Source: Acidobacteriota bacterium | Lineage (GTDB): Bacteria > Acidobacteriota > UBA6911 > RPQK01 > JAJDTT01 | NCBI GenBank assembly: GCA_965217775.1 | Contig: CBDCJH010000002.1 | Location: 128,001 to 192,000 of the forward strand | Length of the DNA stretch: 64,000 nt | Reading direction: 5' to 3' | Shown here: positions 1 to 11,289 of the stretch, one piece after another | Numbering within the stretch: the first letter of the stretch is position 1 | Layout of the letters: every line of letters starts with the position of its first letter | Made by a program: the position numbers and the translations under genes | The notes under the pieces: generated by a model | Databases searched by the model: none | What the model saw: only the letters and a program-made list of their open reading frames with translations | Told to the model about the DNA's origin: nothing

Positions 1-741
1 GACGGCCTCTTCCACGATCTTGAGCATTTCCGGATCGCCCTTCCGGACCGCCACGGCGCACTCCACGCGTCCGACCTCTTCCGGCAGAATTTCCAGGTGG
101 CTGGATCCCGGCAGCGTGGCCAAGGCGTACGCGGCCATGTACCGGTCAGCGATCAGACAGTCCACTTCTCCTCGACGCAGCGCCAGGACGGCGTCATCCA
201 AGGTCTTGAACGGAGTGATGGTCGACTGGGAAAACTGCCTCTTGACCCACCTCTGAACTTCGGTGTCCTGCCGCACGCCGATCTTGGCCGTGGAGAGAAC
301 GCCCGGCCTCAAATCCTTGCGGACCGGATTGATGACCAGACTCAAACTGGAGGTGTAGACGGGAGAGGAGAAATCGACTCGACGCTTGCGGTCTTCGTTG
401 ACACCGAAAACTGCGATGACGGCGTGCGCCTCCTCGTTCTCCAAGGCGGCAATCAGGGATCCGTACCTCCTGATGATCCAGCGCAGGACCACATTGGGGT
501 TGTCGCCTTCCTCGGCGATGGCGGCATTCACCTTCTCTACGATCCGGCCGGCCACCTCGACTTCGGGGCCCACCAGGCCCTCGCCCCCCGTCTGATAGAG
601 CAGCGGCGCCTCGAAGGGAACCGTGGCGACCAGGACGACCTTGTCCTTCTTGATGGAAAGCAGGCTGCTCGGAGGTCCGCAACCGGCCAGTAACAGCAGC
701 GCGGCGGGCAGTCCGAAAACGGGAAGCAGGTTCCTCTTCAT
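1..741 (-). CDS. Family 3 (amino-acid type) ABC substrate-binding lipoprotein, runs off the left edge
   Basis: Manual translation from ATG at 741: MKRNLLPVFGLPAALLLLAGC lipobox, then 'RVDFSSPVY', 'AVLALRRGEVDCLIAD' and 'AVAVRKGD', typical SBP_bac_3 motifs. Not in the ORF track because no stop lies inside the window. Confidence 0.8.
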   Translation of the reverse strand, partial: MKRNLLPVFGLPAALLLLAGCGPPSSLLSIKKDKVVLVATVPFEAPLLYQTGGEGLVGPEVEVAGRIVEKVNAAIAEEGDNPNVVLRWIIRRYGSLIAALENEEAHAVIAVFGVNEDRKRRVDFSSPVYTSSLSLVINPVRKDLRPGVLSTAKIGVRQDTEVQRWVKRQFSQSTITPFKTLDDAVLALRRGEVDCLIADRYMAAYALATLPGSSHLEILPEEVGRVECAVAVRKGDPEMLKIVEEAV

Positions 742-807
742 TGCTAAACCAACCTCAGGTAGAGAATAGACCAGGATTTACGAAAGAGCAGGATTTATAC
801 CAGATAT

Positions 808-965
808 CAGTCCATGGTGGAAGTCGCGCGAGCACCGAAACCGGACCTGCGCCCGCCGGACCAGGCGCAACGGAGGGAGCATACCGGGAGTATGTGAGCC
901 GATAGCAACGCAGTCCGCGCGATGCAGGGACGGTCGAATGCCGTGACGACTTTCGCCACGGGCTG
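808..965 (-). mobile_element. MITE-like element copy 1 (subtype B), 158 bp, ATAT target duplication
   Basis: Termini cagtccatgg...ccacgggctg; ATAT at 804-807 and 966-969; matches the other copies. Confidence 0.9.
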
Positions 966-1131
966 ATATCCCCGACTCGCGGCAATCGGCCCGGGCAACG
1001 GGGACGGCCGCCTGGTTTCCCAATGGAGTCTGCGGAACCGGCACCCATACCGAGTGCCCATTCGCCGCTGCGGCTCGTCCTCAGTTCGAAAGGGCGTTCT
1101 CCGTGCAATGCGGGACGTTGCCCGCGACTAT

Positions 1132-1731
1132 CTACGAGTAGTAGGGATTCTCCCCGGTGGTGTGGTCGGTCGTGTCCACGACTTCCACGATCTCGGGGAC
1201 CACCTCCTTGATGCGGGTCTCGATTCCTTCCTTCAGCGTCACGTCTGCCATACCGCAACCTTGGCAGCCCCCGCCGAAAGAGAGGTAGACCTTGCGCTTG
1301 CGAACTCCGAGGAGATGAACCTGTCCCCCGTGAGCGGCAACGGCAGGATTGATTTCCGTATCCAGCAATCTCTGAACCCGTTCCGCGGCCGGTCCGGTGA
1401 GGTCCTCTCTCGGACCTTCGCCCAAGGTTGGAACCGTCGGCTTGTTGGGATTGAGGAACTTGAAGCCGCTCCTCAGGATCTTGTCCTCGAAGTCGACGGT
1501 GGCCCCTTTCAGGTTCTCGGCGCTCCTGGGATCCACGATTACCGGGAATTCACCGGAATCCAAGACCAGGTCCTCCGGGCTCTGCTCGTCGGCCGTGATC
1601 AATTGCATGCTGTATTGAAATTCGGCCGTGCCGTTGGTCGTGGCCTGAATTCGAAGGGCCGGCTTATTACCCTGCTGTTGCCGGATCACGGCCAAGACCT
1701 GCTCTTTGGCTTCATTGGTAAATGTAATCAT
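1132..1731 (-). CDS. nfuA: Fe-S biogenesis protein NfuA (degenerate A-type domain plus Nfu domain)
   Basis: C-terminal 'EINPAVAAHGG...GGGCQGCGMADVTLKEGIE...DTTDHTTGENPYY'; N-terminal HesB-like domain. Confidence 0.92.
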   Translation of the reverse strand: MITFTNEAKEQVLAVIRQQQGNKPALRIQATTNGTAEFQYSMQLITADEQSPEDLVLDSGEFPVIVDPRSAENLKGATVDFEDKILRSGFKFLNPNKPTVPTLGEGPREDLTGPAAERVQRLLDTEINPAVAAHGGQVHLLGVRKRKVYLSFGGGCQGCGMADVTLKEGIETRIKEVVPEIVEVVDTTDHTTGENPYYS

Positions 1732-1817
1732 TGGAAAATGCCCCGTGCGGAATCGGCGTTGTGGAACCGCAACCCGGATTCTAACTCAGAACAGGGTTTC
1801 TTCCAAATCTCGCTCAA

Positions 1818-1975
1818 CAGCCCGTGGCAAAAGTCGCCACGGCATTCGACCGTCCCTGCATCCCGGCGGACGGCGTTGCGATTCGGGCACATACTCCCGG
1901 TATGCACCCGAATCGCGCCTTGTCCGGCGGGCGCAGGAACGGTCTCGGTGCTCGCGGGACTTTCACCACGGACTG
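1818..1975 (+). mobile_element. MITE-like element copy 2 (subtype A), 158 bp, TCAA target duplication
   Basis: cagcccgtggcaaaagtcg...gactttcaccacggactg; TCAA at 1814-1817 and 1976-1979. Confidence 0.92.
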
Positions 1976-2183
1976 TCAAGGGCGTGGTCAGAAACGGATC
2001 ACTTTCGGGAAAAAAAAGGAATCTTGCCATACTTGGCGCGACTGCCGGGTTGACCCCGGTGCCGCCTTGGGCGCAGGATAGTCGATGGCAAGGGTGCTTT
2101 AGCGCGTCCTGTGTGGCGCTTGGCGGGGGGCTTGGCGGTTGATCCTTGTCCGGCCCCCGCATTTTTAAGGAGGGAGATTCTCG

Positions 2184-4193
<2,010 letters not shown>

Positions 4194-4233
4194 CCCGGCG
4201 CCTGCCGGATCGGTTCCGACCGTTATCGACACG

Positions 4234-4270
4234 AATGGAGGCTTGCGGTTCGCCGCCAGCCTCCATTTTT
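4234..4270 (+). terminator. Rho-independent terminator after the radical SAM gene
   Basis: aatggaggcttgcgg-TTCG-ccgccagcctccatt hairpin followed by a T-run. Confidence 0.75.
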
Positions 4271-4308
4271 GTGTTTGGCAACCGGTTTTGATGACCACTG
4301 CCGGTTGA

Positions 4309-4468
4309 CAGTCCGTGGTGAAAGTCCCGCGAGCACCGAGACCGTTCCTGCGGCCGCCGGACAAGGCGCTTCGGAGGGAGCATACCGGGAGTATGTGAGC
4401 CGATAGCAACGCAGTCCGCGCACGATGCAGGGACGGTCGAATGCCGTGACGACTTTCGCCACGGGCTG
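4309..4468 (-). mobile_element. MITE-like element copy 3 (subtype B), 160 bp, TTGA target duplication
   Basis: TTGA at 4305-4308 and 4469-4472; same terminal inverted repeats. Confidence 0.92.
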
Positions 4469-4515
4469 TTGAGGCCGGGTGGCGCGGGTTGCCGCACCGA
4501 CAAGGAGACCTCATC

Positions 4516-4848
4516 GTGACCCAACTCGCCGAAAAAAAATGTATCCCCTGCCGGGGCGGCGTGCCGCCGCTGACGGCCGACCAGATCGCCCCCCTTCTGG
4601 CCCAGTTGCAAGGATGGGAAGTGGTCGAGGACCATCACCTGCGCAAGCTGGTTCGATTCCCCGATTTCGCAACGGCGCTGGCTCTCGTCAACCAGGTCGG
4701 TGAAGTCGCCGAAGCGGAAGACCACCACCCCGACATCTATCTGGCCTGGGGCAAGGTGGAGATCACCCTCTGGACCCACAAGATCAACGGCCTGACCGAG
4801 AGCGACTTCGTCCTGGCCGCCAAGATCGACCGGATGTCTCCGAGCTGA
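4516..4848 (+). CDS. Pterin-4-alpha-carbinolamine dehydratase (PhhB/PCD family)
   Basis: 'AEAEDHHPDI...TLWTHKINGLTESDFVLAAKID' signature; AAGGAG before GTG. Confidence 0.92.
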   Translation: MTQLAEKKCIPCRGGVPPLTADQIAPLLAQLQGWEVVEDHHLRKLVRFPDFATALALVNQVGEVAEAEDHHPDIYLAWGKVEITLWTHKINGLTESDFVLAAKIDRMSPS

Positions 4849-4969
4849 GCGAACTCGGATTCCACGCGATCGTGACTCATGTCACTGGCCGATCGGGTTG
4901 GATTGTTGTTTCGGTCGCAGTCGCTCAGACAAGCTGAAGATTTGATGGGCGTACCATAGCGATCCGTTT

Positions 4970-5869
4970 ATGATCCGTACGCGGCTGCTGGATCTCTTCA
5001 AGAATCTTCACGTCTGGAAACAGCACGGAATACGTGCGCCGCACAAGCCGTTGCTACTCCTGCTGGCGATTGGACGTGTCGTCGGCAAGGAGGCGCGCCT
5101 CGTGCCCTATCCGCAGATCGAGGACCGGATGAAGGAGTTGTTGCAACGCTTCGGTCCGCCTCGCCGATCGCTGCATCCGGAATTTCCGTTCGGCCGCCTG
5201 CCCGCCGACAATCTTTGGGAGATTTCCGGAGGCGGGACCTTGTCCCGTACGGCGAGTGGCGACTTGCTGGTTCGGGAACTACGCGAGCGGAGGGTGAAGG
5301 GCGGATTTCTGAAGTGGGTCTACGACCATCTGCGCAAAGATCCGCGACTCGCACGGGAAATCGCGCAGGGACTCTTGAACGCTCACTTCCCGGAGTCGTG
5401 GCACGATGAAATCCGCGTCGCCACCGGTATTCCGTACCCATGGGAAGTTCGAGAGACGCCGGTCCGCCGGCGCGACCCAGCTTTCCGGCGCCATGTGCTG
5501 CGCGAATATCAGTACCGATGTGCCATCTGCAACTTCGACGTGCGACTCGGAGATGACCTTGTCGGTCTGGAGGCTGCGCATATCAAGTGGTTGGCGGCTG
5601 GCGGACCGGACACGGTAGCGAACGGATTGGCGTTGTGCGGGCTTCACCATAAGGCATTTGATCGAGGTGCATTTGGTCTGGAAGGCGGCGGTGAGCAATT
5701 TAAAGTGCTCGTTTCCAGCGAAATCCACGGTCGGCGCGATCCGGTTCGGTGGTTTCTCGATTACCATGGAAAGCCCCTCCGGACTCCTCGGAACCGTTTA
5801 GTGGACCCGAGACCTGAGTTCGTGATCTGGCACTACAAGGAAGTATTCCGCCGTCCGGCGCTGACCTGA
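4970..5869 (+). CDS. SBD-HNH endonuclease (phosphorothioate-dependent type IV restriction-like)
   Basis: N-terminal 'RAPHKPLLLL...PEFPFGRL' sulfur-binding-domain-like segment; C-terminal CAIC...LEAAHIKW...GPD...NGLALCGLHHKAFD HNH. Confidence 0.8.
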   Translation: MIRTRLLDLFKNLHVWKQHGIRAPHKPLLLLLAIGRVVGKEARLVPYPQIEDRMKELLQRFGPPRRSLHPEFPFGRLPADNLWEISGGGTLSRTASGDLLVRELRERRVKGGFLKWVYDHLRKDPRLAREIAQGLLNAHFPESWHDEIRVATGIPYPWEVRETPVRRRDPAFRRHVLREYQYRCAICNFDVRLGDDLVGLEAAHIKWLAAGGPDTVANGLALCGLHHKAFDRGAFGLEGGGEQFKVLVSSEIHGRRDPVRWFLDYHGKPLRTPRNRLVDPRPEFVIWHYKEVFRRPALT

Positions 5870-5886
5870 TACTTCGACGGACTTAA

Positions 5887-6044
5887 CAGCCCGTGGCAAA
5901 AGTCGTCACGGCATTCGACCGTCCCTGCATCCCGGCGGACTGCGTTGCGATTCGGGCACATACTCCCGGTATGCACCCGAATCGCGCCTTGTCCGGCGGG
6001 CGCAGGAACGGTCTCGGTGCTCGCGCGACTTTCACCACGGACTG
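5887..6044 (+). mobile_element. MITE-like element copy 4 (subtype A), 158 bp, TTAA target duplication
   Basis: TTAA at 5883-5886 and 6045-6048; near-identical to copies 2 and 5. Confidence 0.92.
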
Positions 6045-6177
6045 TTAATGTCCGACCGTGATCTCGAAGGGTCGGGGGCGAAACTCATTGATCGATCGAC
6101 CGGAATATCCGGAAGAACTCCAGTACCGTCGGATTTAATCTGAACCGTAGAGCCTTGGATTGTCGAGGGTCGTCGGA

Positions 6178-6804
6178 TCAGAGCACGATCAGGTTCTGGT
6201 CCGCTGCCGCCGGCGCGACTTCCGGGTGGTTTTTTCGGATGAAGGTCAGGTAGGGCTCTCCGCCGGCCGGTTGGTTCAGGTGATAGTCGACCTCCGACTC
6301 CACCACCTCCAGGCAGTTGAGCAGATCGGAGACTCTGAGCGGAGAGTCGAGTCCTTCCCTCGTCTCTTCCAGCATCTTTCGCACCGGCCGGATCAGGGCC
6401 GACACCATGGGATCCGGCGACTTATGCTCGTAGATGATCCCTCGGTCCTCGGATTGGTAGGACTTCCGCAACAGCCGGACCGCTTCCAGCACATGTTTGT
6501 CGTGAAAGCTGCGCAGGCCCTGTCCATAGCGGAGGATCTCCTTTTCGACCTCATCGATGAGCGGTCTGTAAATCTGCATGTTCTCCAGGAGTCGGAGACT
6601 ACGACGCGGGTCCTGCTCCTGCCGGACTTGGCGGATGTACTTTTTCGCCGCCTGATGGCCTTGGCCCTCTGTCAGGTAGACGCAGTCCGGTGGGCAGTCG
6701 ATCTCCACCACACGCATCCGGCCGCAACAGGGGGCGCAGATGAGTGTGTTCTTGGCCGGGCAGTGGCGCTTTCCCTTTCTGTGATTGCACAGGATGCACT
6801 TCAT
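6178..6804 (-). CDS. Hypothetical protein with Cys-rich N-terminal putative metal-binding domain
   Basis: MKCILC...HCPA...ICAPCCG...IDCPPDCVY; coding-like codon pattern. Confidence 0.7.
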   Translation of the reverse strand: MKCILCNHRKGKRHCPAKNTLICAPCCGRMRVVEIDCPPDCVYLTEGQGHQAAKKYIRQVRQEQDPRRSLRLLENMQIYRPLIDEVEKEILRYGQGLRSFHDKHVLEAVRLLRKSYQSEDRGIIYEHKSPDPMVSALIRPVRKMLEETREGLDSPLRVSDLLNCLEVVESEVDYHLNQPAGGEPYLTFIRKNHPEVAPAAADQNLIVL

Positions 6805-6949
6805 AACGCCAAGAGTTCCCGCGTTTTCGACCGCGCCGACAAAATACCATCATGAAGCCGGATTATCCTACCTGACCCCGGGAATCCGATCGCCATACCG
6901 CCACCAGTCCGTTAGAACCAAAGGCGTTCAGAATGGCTATACTGTCTGC

Positions 6950-7336
6950 GTGGCGAAACGACTCTTCACTCTGGCGGAAGCCAGAAAAATCCTGCCTCTG
7001 GTCAGAAAGCTGGTGGCGGTGGCCATGAATCTGTCCATCGAGATTTCGCGCTACAAGGAGGCCGTCCAGGAACTGGCCAGGAGTGCCGACCTCAACCGCG
7101 GCAGCCCGGAAGGCACGGCCTACATCGAGCGTCTCCTGCAACTGCAATCGTGCGTCGCCCGGCTTCAGGGCCTGGGTTGCGTGGTCAAGAGCGTGGATCA
7201 GGGGCTTATCGATTTCCCCCATCTCAAGGACGGGCGCGAGGTCTACCTTTGCTGGAAACATGGCGAAGAGGACATCCACTACTGGCACGAGATCGACGCC
7301 GGTTTCGCGGGCCGCAAGCGCATTCCCGAGGATTGA
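6950..7336 (+). CDS. DUF2203-family protein
   Basis: 'FTLAEARKILP...GLIDFP...VYLCWKHGE...WHEIDAGFAGRKRI'. Confidence 0.85.
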   Translation: MAKRLFTLAEARKILPLVRKLVAVAMNLSIEISRYKEAVQELARSADLNRGSPEGTAYIERLLQLQSCVARLQGLGCVVKSVDQGLIDFPHLKDGREVYLCWKHGEEDIHYWHEIDAGFAGRKRIPED

Positions 7337-7358
7337 AGGACGGAAGGTGGAGGTTTCC

Positions 7359-7964
7359 ATGAGACAGATGAACCGTGTTCCCGGGGTTTTCGGGGCGATG
7401 CTCTTCCTGGCCTTGACCCACTGTTCCAGAAACATGGAGGAGCCCCCCTCCGGCGGTCCCGTCTCTCCCGGGACGGTCGCGGCGGCGGGCGCTGCCGGCG
7501 GCCTGCTCTTTTCGGCCCCCGAGGGCTGGACCGCGGAAACCCCGGCCTCCTCGATGCGGAAAGCCCAGTACCGTCTTCCCCGTGTCTCCGGGGACCCCGA
7601 AGACGGGGAACTGGTCGTGTTCCACTTCCCCGGGCAGGGGGGCTCGATCGAGGCCAATATCAAACGGTGGGTGGGGCAGTTCAGTCCCGACGAAACCGGC
7701 GGCGGCCCGTCCCAAGCCGACGTCACCCCTCGGACCGCGAATGGAGTCCCCCTGATGCTGGTCGACGTCTCGGGCACCTACCGTCCTTCGTCGGGGCCCA
7801 TGATGCGGCCGGGAGACGCCAAGAAGGGCTATCGAATGCTGGCCGCCATCGCCCAGACGCCATCGGGACCCTGGTTCTTCAAGCTCACCGGACCCCGGAA
7901 AACCATCGACAAGTGGCACCCGGACTTCCTGGCGTTTCTGGATACCATCCGTCCCCAGGTTTGA
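7359..7964 (+). CDS. Hypothetical secreted/lipoprotein
   Basis: Signal peptide ending LTHC; 'GQGGSIEANIKRWVGQF', 'WFFKLTGP'; GGAGG RBS. Confidence 0.75.
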   Translation: MRQMNRVPGVFGAMLFLALTHCSRNMEEPPSGGPVSPGTVAAAGAAGGLLFSAPEGWTAETPASSMRKAQYRLPRVSGDPEDGELVVFHFPGQGGSIEANIKRWVGQFSPDETGGGPSQADVTPRTANGVPLMLVDVSGTYRPSSGPMMRPGDAKKGYRMLAAIAQTPSGPWFFKLTGPRKTIDKWHPDFLAFLDTIRPQV

Positions 7965-7977
7965 AGCCGCCACCGCC

Positions 7978-8784
7978 GTGAGACGCACGACGCGGAATCC
8001 GTCACTGTCGGGGGTCCTTCTCCTGCTGTTCATCGCCGTCACATCCCTGGACCTGGTCCAACCGTCTTCGAACCAGACCTCGCCGTCGATCCGGCAGGAT
8101 CGGGCGCGGGAGATCATGGACCGGGTCGACCAGATGATGCGCGGAGAGTCTTCAACCGGAACGGTCCGGATGAAGGTGGCGACCCGGAGATGGAACCGCA
8201 GCATGACCCTCCGGATCTGGTCCCAGGGCACCGACAAGTCCCTGATCCGGATCCTGGCTCCCAGGAAGAACCGTGGCACCGCCACCTTGAGGGTGGGTTC
8301 CAACATGTGGAACTACCTGTCCAAGATCGAGCGGGTCATCCGCGTCCCCATGTCCATGATGATGGGCTCCTGGATGGGGTCTCATCTCACCAACGACGAC
8401 CTGGTCAAGGAGAGCCGCCTGGTTCGAGACTACGACATCCGGATCTCCTTCGAAGGCGTGCGGGAGGGGATTCCGGTCTGGGACTTCGAGCTCGTTCCCA
8501 AGCCGTCGGCAGCGGTGGTCTGGGGGCGGATCGTCTACCGGGTCCGTCAGGCGGACCTGCTGCCGGTCTGGGCCCGGTACTACGGCGAGGACGAGGCGCT
8601 GAAACGAACCATGAGCTTCTCGGACTACGCCGTCATGGGAGGGCGGCGGATTCCCACCCGTATGAGCATCGTTCCCCAGGACAAGCAGGGGGAGTTCACC
8701 GAGATGGTCTACAAGGACCTCTCCTTTGACGTCCCCATTACCGAAAAGACCTTCTCCCTTTCCAATCTGCGGGCGAGACGATGA
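7978..8784 (+). CDS. Outer-membrane lipoprotein-sorting (LolA-like) protein
   Basis: 'GTATLR...MWNYL...SWMGSHLTNDDLVKES' motif; overlaps the next gene. Confidence 0.8.
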   Translation: MRRTTRNPSLSGVLLLLFIAVTSLDLVQPSSNQTSPSIRQDRAREIMDRVDQMMRGESSTGTVRMKVATRRWNRSMTLRIWSQGTDKSLIRILAPRKNRGTATLRVGSNMWNYLSKIERVIRVPMSMMMGSWMGSHLTNDDLVKESRLVRDYDIRISFEGVREGIPVWDFELVPKPSAAVVWGRIVYRVRQADLLPVWARYYGEDEALKRTMSFSDYAVMGGRRIPTRMSIVPQDKQGEFTEMVYKDLSFDVPITEKTFSLSNLRARR

Positions 8785-10028
8785 TGGTGTTCCTCTTGGG
8801 ATGGAGGAATCTCTGGAGGAACCCGCTCCGAAGTCTCATCACCATGGGCGGCCTGGCTTCGGGGTACGCCGTCCTGATGTTCCTGGTCAGTCTCACCGAA
8901 GGCATGCTGGTCCAGATGCTCAACAACGGCACCGATCTCCTGGTGGGACACGTCCAGATCCAACACCAGGACTATCTGCCCGACCGGGATCTGTACGAGA
9001 CGTTGGGAGGCGGCGAGGGGACCGACTGGCGGGCCCTTACCGAGAGGCTCCTCGACGAACCCGAGGTGGTGGCTGCCACGGCCCGGATTCACACCGCCGG
9101 TCTCGCGTCCACGGGCGAATACTCCTCCGGCGTCGCGATCGTGGGCATCGACCCGGTCCAGGAAGCCAAGGTCAGCGGGCTGCAGGGGCAGGGAAGTCCG
9201 AAGGATCTCCAGGGGCGGGGCATGCTACTGGGGGAAGCCTTGCAGCAAGAGTTGGTTGCCGGTATTGGAACCGAAATCGCGCTGGTCACCCAGGCCGCCG
9301 ACGGAACCATCGGTAACGACCTCTACCGGAACCGGGGCACGTTGCACACGGGCATGGCGTTGTTGGACCGGTCGCTGACCCTGGTCCACCTGACGGATCT
9401 TCAAGAGTTGCTGTCGCTGGCGCCCGGGCGGGTCCATGAAATTGCGCTCAAGCTTCGCGACCCCGGCGACGCTGAACTGGTTGCGGCCAGATTGAACGAG
9501 TCGGGGATTCTCCCCGCGGGCGCCGTTGCGCGGAGCTGGAGAAGTCTCCTTCCCACCCTGAGCGACTACCTGGACATGGCGAACGCCAGTTACGTGTTCA
9601 TGATCGGTCTGGTGGCTCTTTTTGCCGCGTTGGGCGTTCTGAATACCATGCTCATGTCGGTCTTCGAACGGGTCCGCGAACTGGGGATGCTCTCGGCCCT
9701 GGGCATGCGGCCGGCCCTGGTGGTCCTCACCGTCCTTTCCGAGAGCCTCGCTCTGGCGGTGGCCGGCCTGGGCGCGGGACTGGCTCTGGGCAGCCTGCTG
9801 GTGTGGCATCTGAGCTCGACCGGGCTGGACCTGAGATCCTGGATGGGGGAGATTTCCATGCTGGAGACCCGGATGGACCCCGTGATTCCGGTCGTCTGGA
9901 CTTGGAACGCCGTGTGGTGGCCGGCCGTGGGTTTGGTTTTGGCGACCGTCGTCGCCTCCCTGATCCCTGCTCTGAGAGCCGCGTTCGTGAACCCGGTTCT
10001 GGCCCTGAGAAATTTGTCGAAGGCCTGA
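8781..10028 (+). CDS. ABC permease, FtsX/LolE-like
   Basis: 'WRNLWRNPLRSLIT', 'NTMLMSVFERVRELGMLSALG'; four-TM pattern. Confidence 0.9.
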   Translation: MMVFLLGWRNLWRNPLRSLITMGGLASGYAVLMFLVSLTEGMLVQMLNNGTDLLVGHVQIQHQDYLPDRDLYETLGGGEGTDWRALTERLLDEPEVVAATARIHTAGLASTGEYSSGVAIVGIDPVQEAKVSGLQGQGSPKDLQGRGMLLGEALQQELVAGIGTEIALVTQAADGTIGNDLYRNRGTLHTGMALLDRSLTLVHLTDLQELLSLAPGRVHEIALKLRDPGDAELVAARLNESGILPAGAVARSWRSLLPTLSDYLDMANASYVFMIGLVALFAALGVLNTMLMSVFERVRELGMLSALGMRPALVVLTVLSESLALAVAGLGAGLALGSLLVWHLSSTGLDLRSWMGEISMLETRMDPVIPVVWTWNAVWWPAVGLVLATVVASLIPALRAAFVNPVLALRNLSKA

Positions 10029-10032
10029 CGGC

Positions 10033-11289
10033 GTGAAAATCATCCTCAAGCTGGCCTGGAGAAACCTGGGACGGAATCGGCGCCGGACCGGTCTCACCGT
10101 GGTCACGGTCGCGTTGGGTCTCGCCCTCCTGCTGGTCACGCTGGGACTGGGAGACGGCAGTCATCTCCAGATGATCGACAATGCCGTCCGCATGGGGTCC
10201 GGGCACGTCCTGATCCAACGCCAGGGTTATCAGGCCCACGGCGGCGTTCAGCGAGCGTTGGGGGAGGGGACCCGTTCCCAGGTCCGAGCTTGGATCGAGC
10301 AGCTGACCCGCGACTCGCCGGTTCCGAACCTGGTGGAGCGAGTCTTCGCCTCCGGCCTCGCGTCCTCGGCCGATGGTTCCACAGGCGTCCGGATCATCGG
10401 CACCCAGCCCAAGCCGGAGCGCCAAGCCTCCAAGTTCGATGAGAAGCTGGTGGATGGAGAGTTCCTGCGCCCCGGGGCCGAAGACCAGGCTGTCGTCGGC
10501 GCCGGCGTCGCCAGAAAGCTCCGCGTCGGCATGGGGTCAAAGTTCGTGGTCCTCGCCCAGGCCTCGGGAAGCTCCGAACTCCAGTCCCGGCTCTTCCGGG
10601 TTCGGGGAATCCTGCAGACGGGATTGGACGATCTGGACCAACGGCTGGTGATCATCCCGCTGGAGGTCGCCCAGAAGCTGTTGCTGCTGCCCGGTCAGGT
10701 CCATCAGGTCGCCGTCTTTCTGGAAGAGGTCGAAGCGGCGGGAGTGCTGGCGCAGCGCGGCCGGAATGCTCTGCCCGACTCGGCCGAAGTGCTCGACTGG
10801 GCGGAGGCCATGCCGGAACTCACCGAATTCATACGAATGGACGACGCCGGCAACTACGTGTTCAACGGCATCTTCCTTCTTCTCATCGCCTTCGTGGTCC
10901 TCAACACGCTATTGATGTCGGCCTTGGAACGGAGTCGGGAGTATGCACTGCTGGACGCGCTGGGCCTGTCCCCTGCCGGCCGATTCTTCATGATGTTCAC
11001 CGAGGCGGTCCTGTTGGCTCTGCTCTCGACGGCCGCGGGGCTGGCTCTCGGCTACGGTGCGCACCTGTATCTGGAATCCGCCGGGCTGCCCCTGGAAGCC
11101 TTCTACGAAGGAGAAGGGGAGCTTTCCGCCGCCGGCGCGGTGATGGACCCGGTACTCTACTCGCGGTTGTCGGCCGAACGAGTCTTTGTCTCGGCTGCCG
11201 TCATCGTGTTTTTGACCCTGGTCCTGGCCCTGGCTCCGGCCTGGCGCGCCGGACGCCGGGTCAGTATCCAGCTCTTGGGACGGATGTGA
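10033..11289 (+). CDS. ABC permease, FtsX/LolE-like
   Basis: 'LAWRNLGRNRRRT', 'NTLLMSALERSREYALLDALG'. Confidence 0.9.
   Translation: MKIILKLAWRNLGRNRRRTGLTVVTVALGLALLLVTLGLGDGSHLQMIDNAVRMGSGHVLIQRQGYQAHGGVQRALGEGTRSQVRAWIEQLTRDSPVPNLVERVFASGLASSADGSTGVRIIGTQPKPERQASKFDEKLVDGEFLRPGAEDQAVVGAGVARKLRVGMGSKFVVLAQASGSSELQSRLFRVRGILQTGLDDLDQRLVIIPLEVAQKLLLLPGQVHQVAVFLEEVEAAGVLAQRGRNALPDSAEVLDWAEAMPELTEFIRMDDAGNYVFNGIFLLLIAFVVLNTLLMSALERSREYALLDALGLSPAGRFFMMFTEAVLLALLSTAAGLALGYGAHLYLESAGLPLEAFYEGEGELSAAGAVMDPVLYSRLSAERVFVSAAVIVFLTLVLALAPAWRAGRRVSIQLLGRM

Noticed and set aside
755-2162. ORFs with recurring peptides such as AKVVTAFDRPC (also near 4.2, 27.9 and 62.1 kb)
   Set aside because: They are translations of the MITE, not a protein family.
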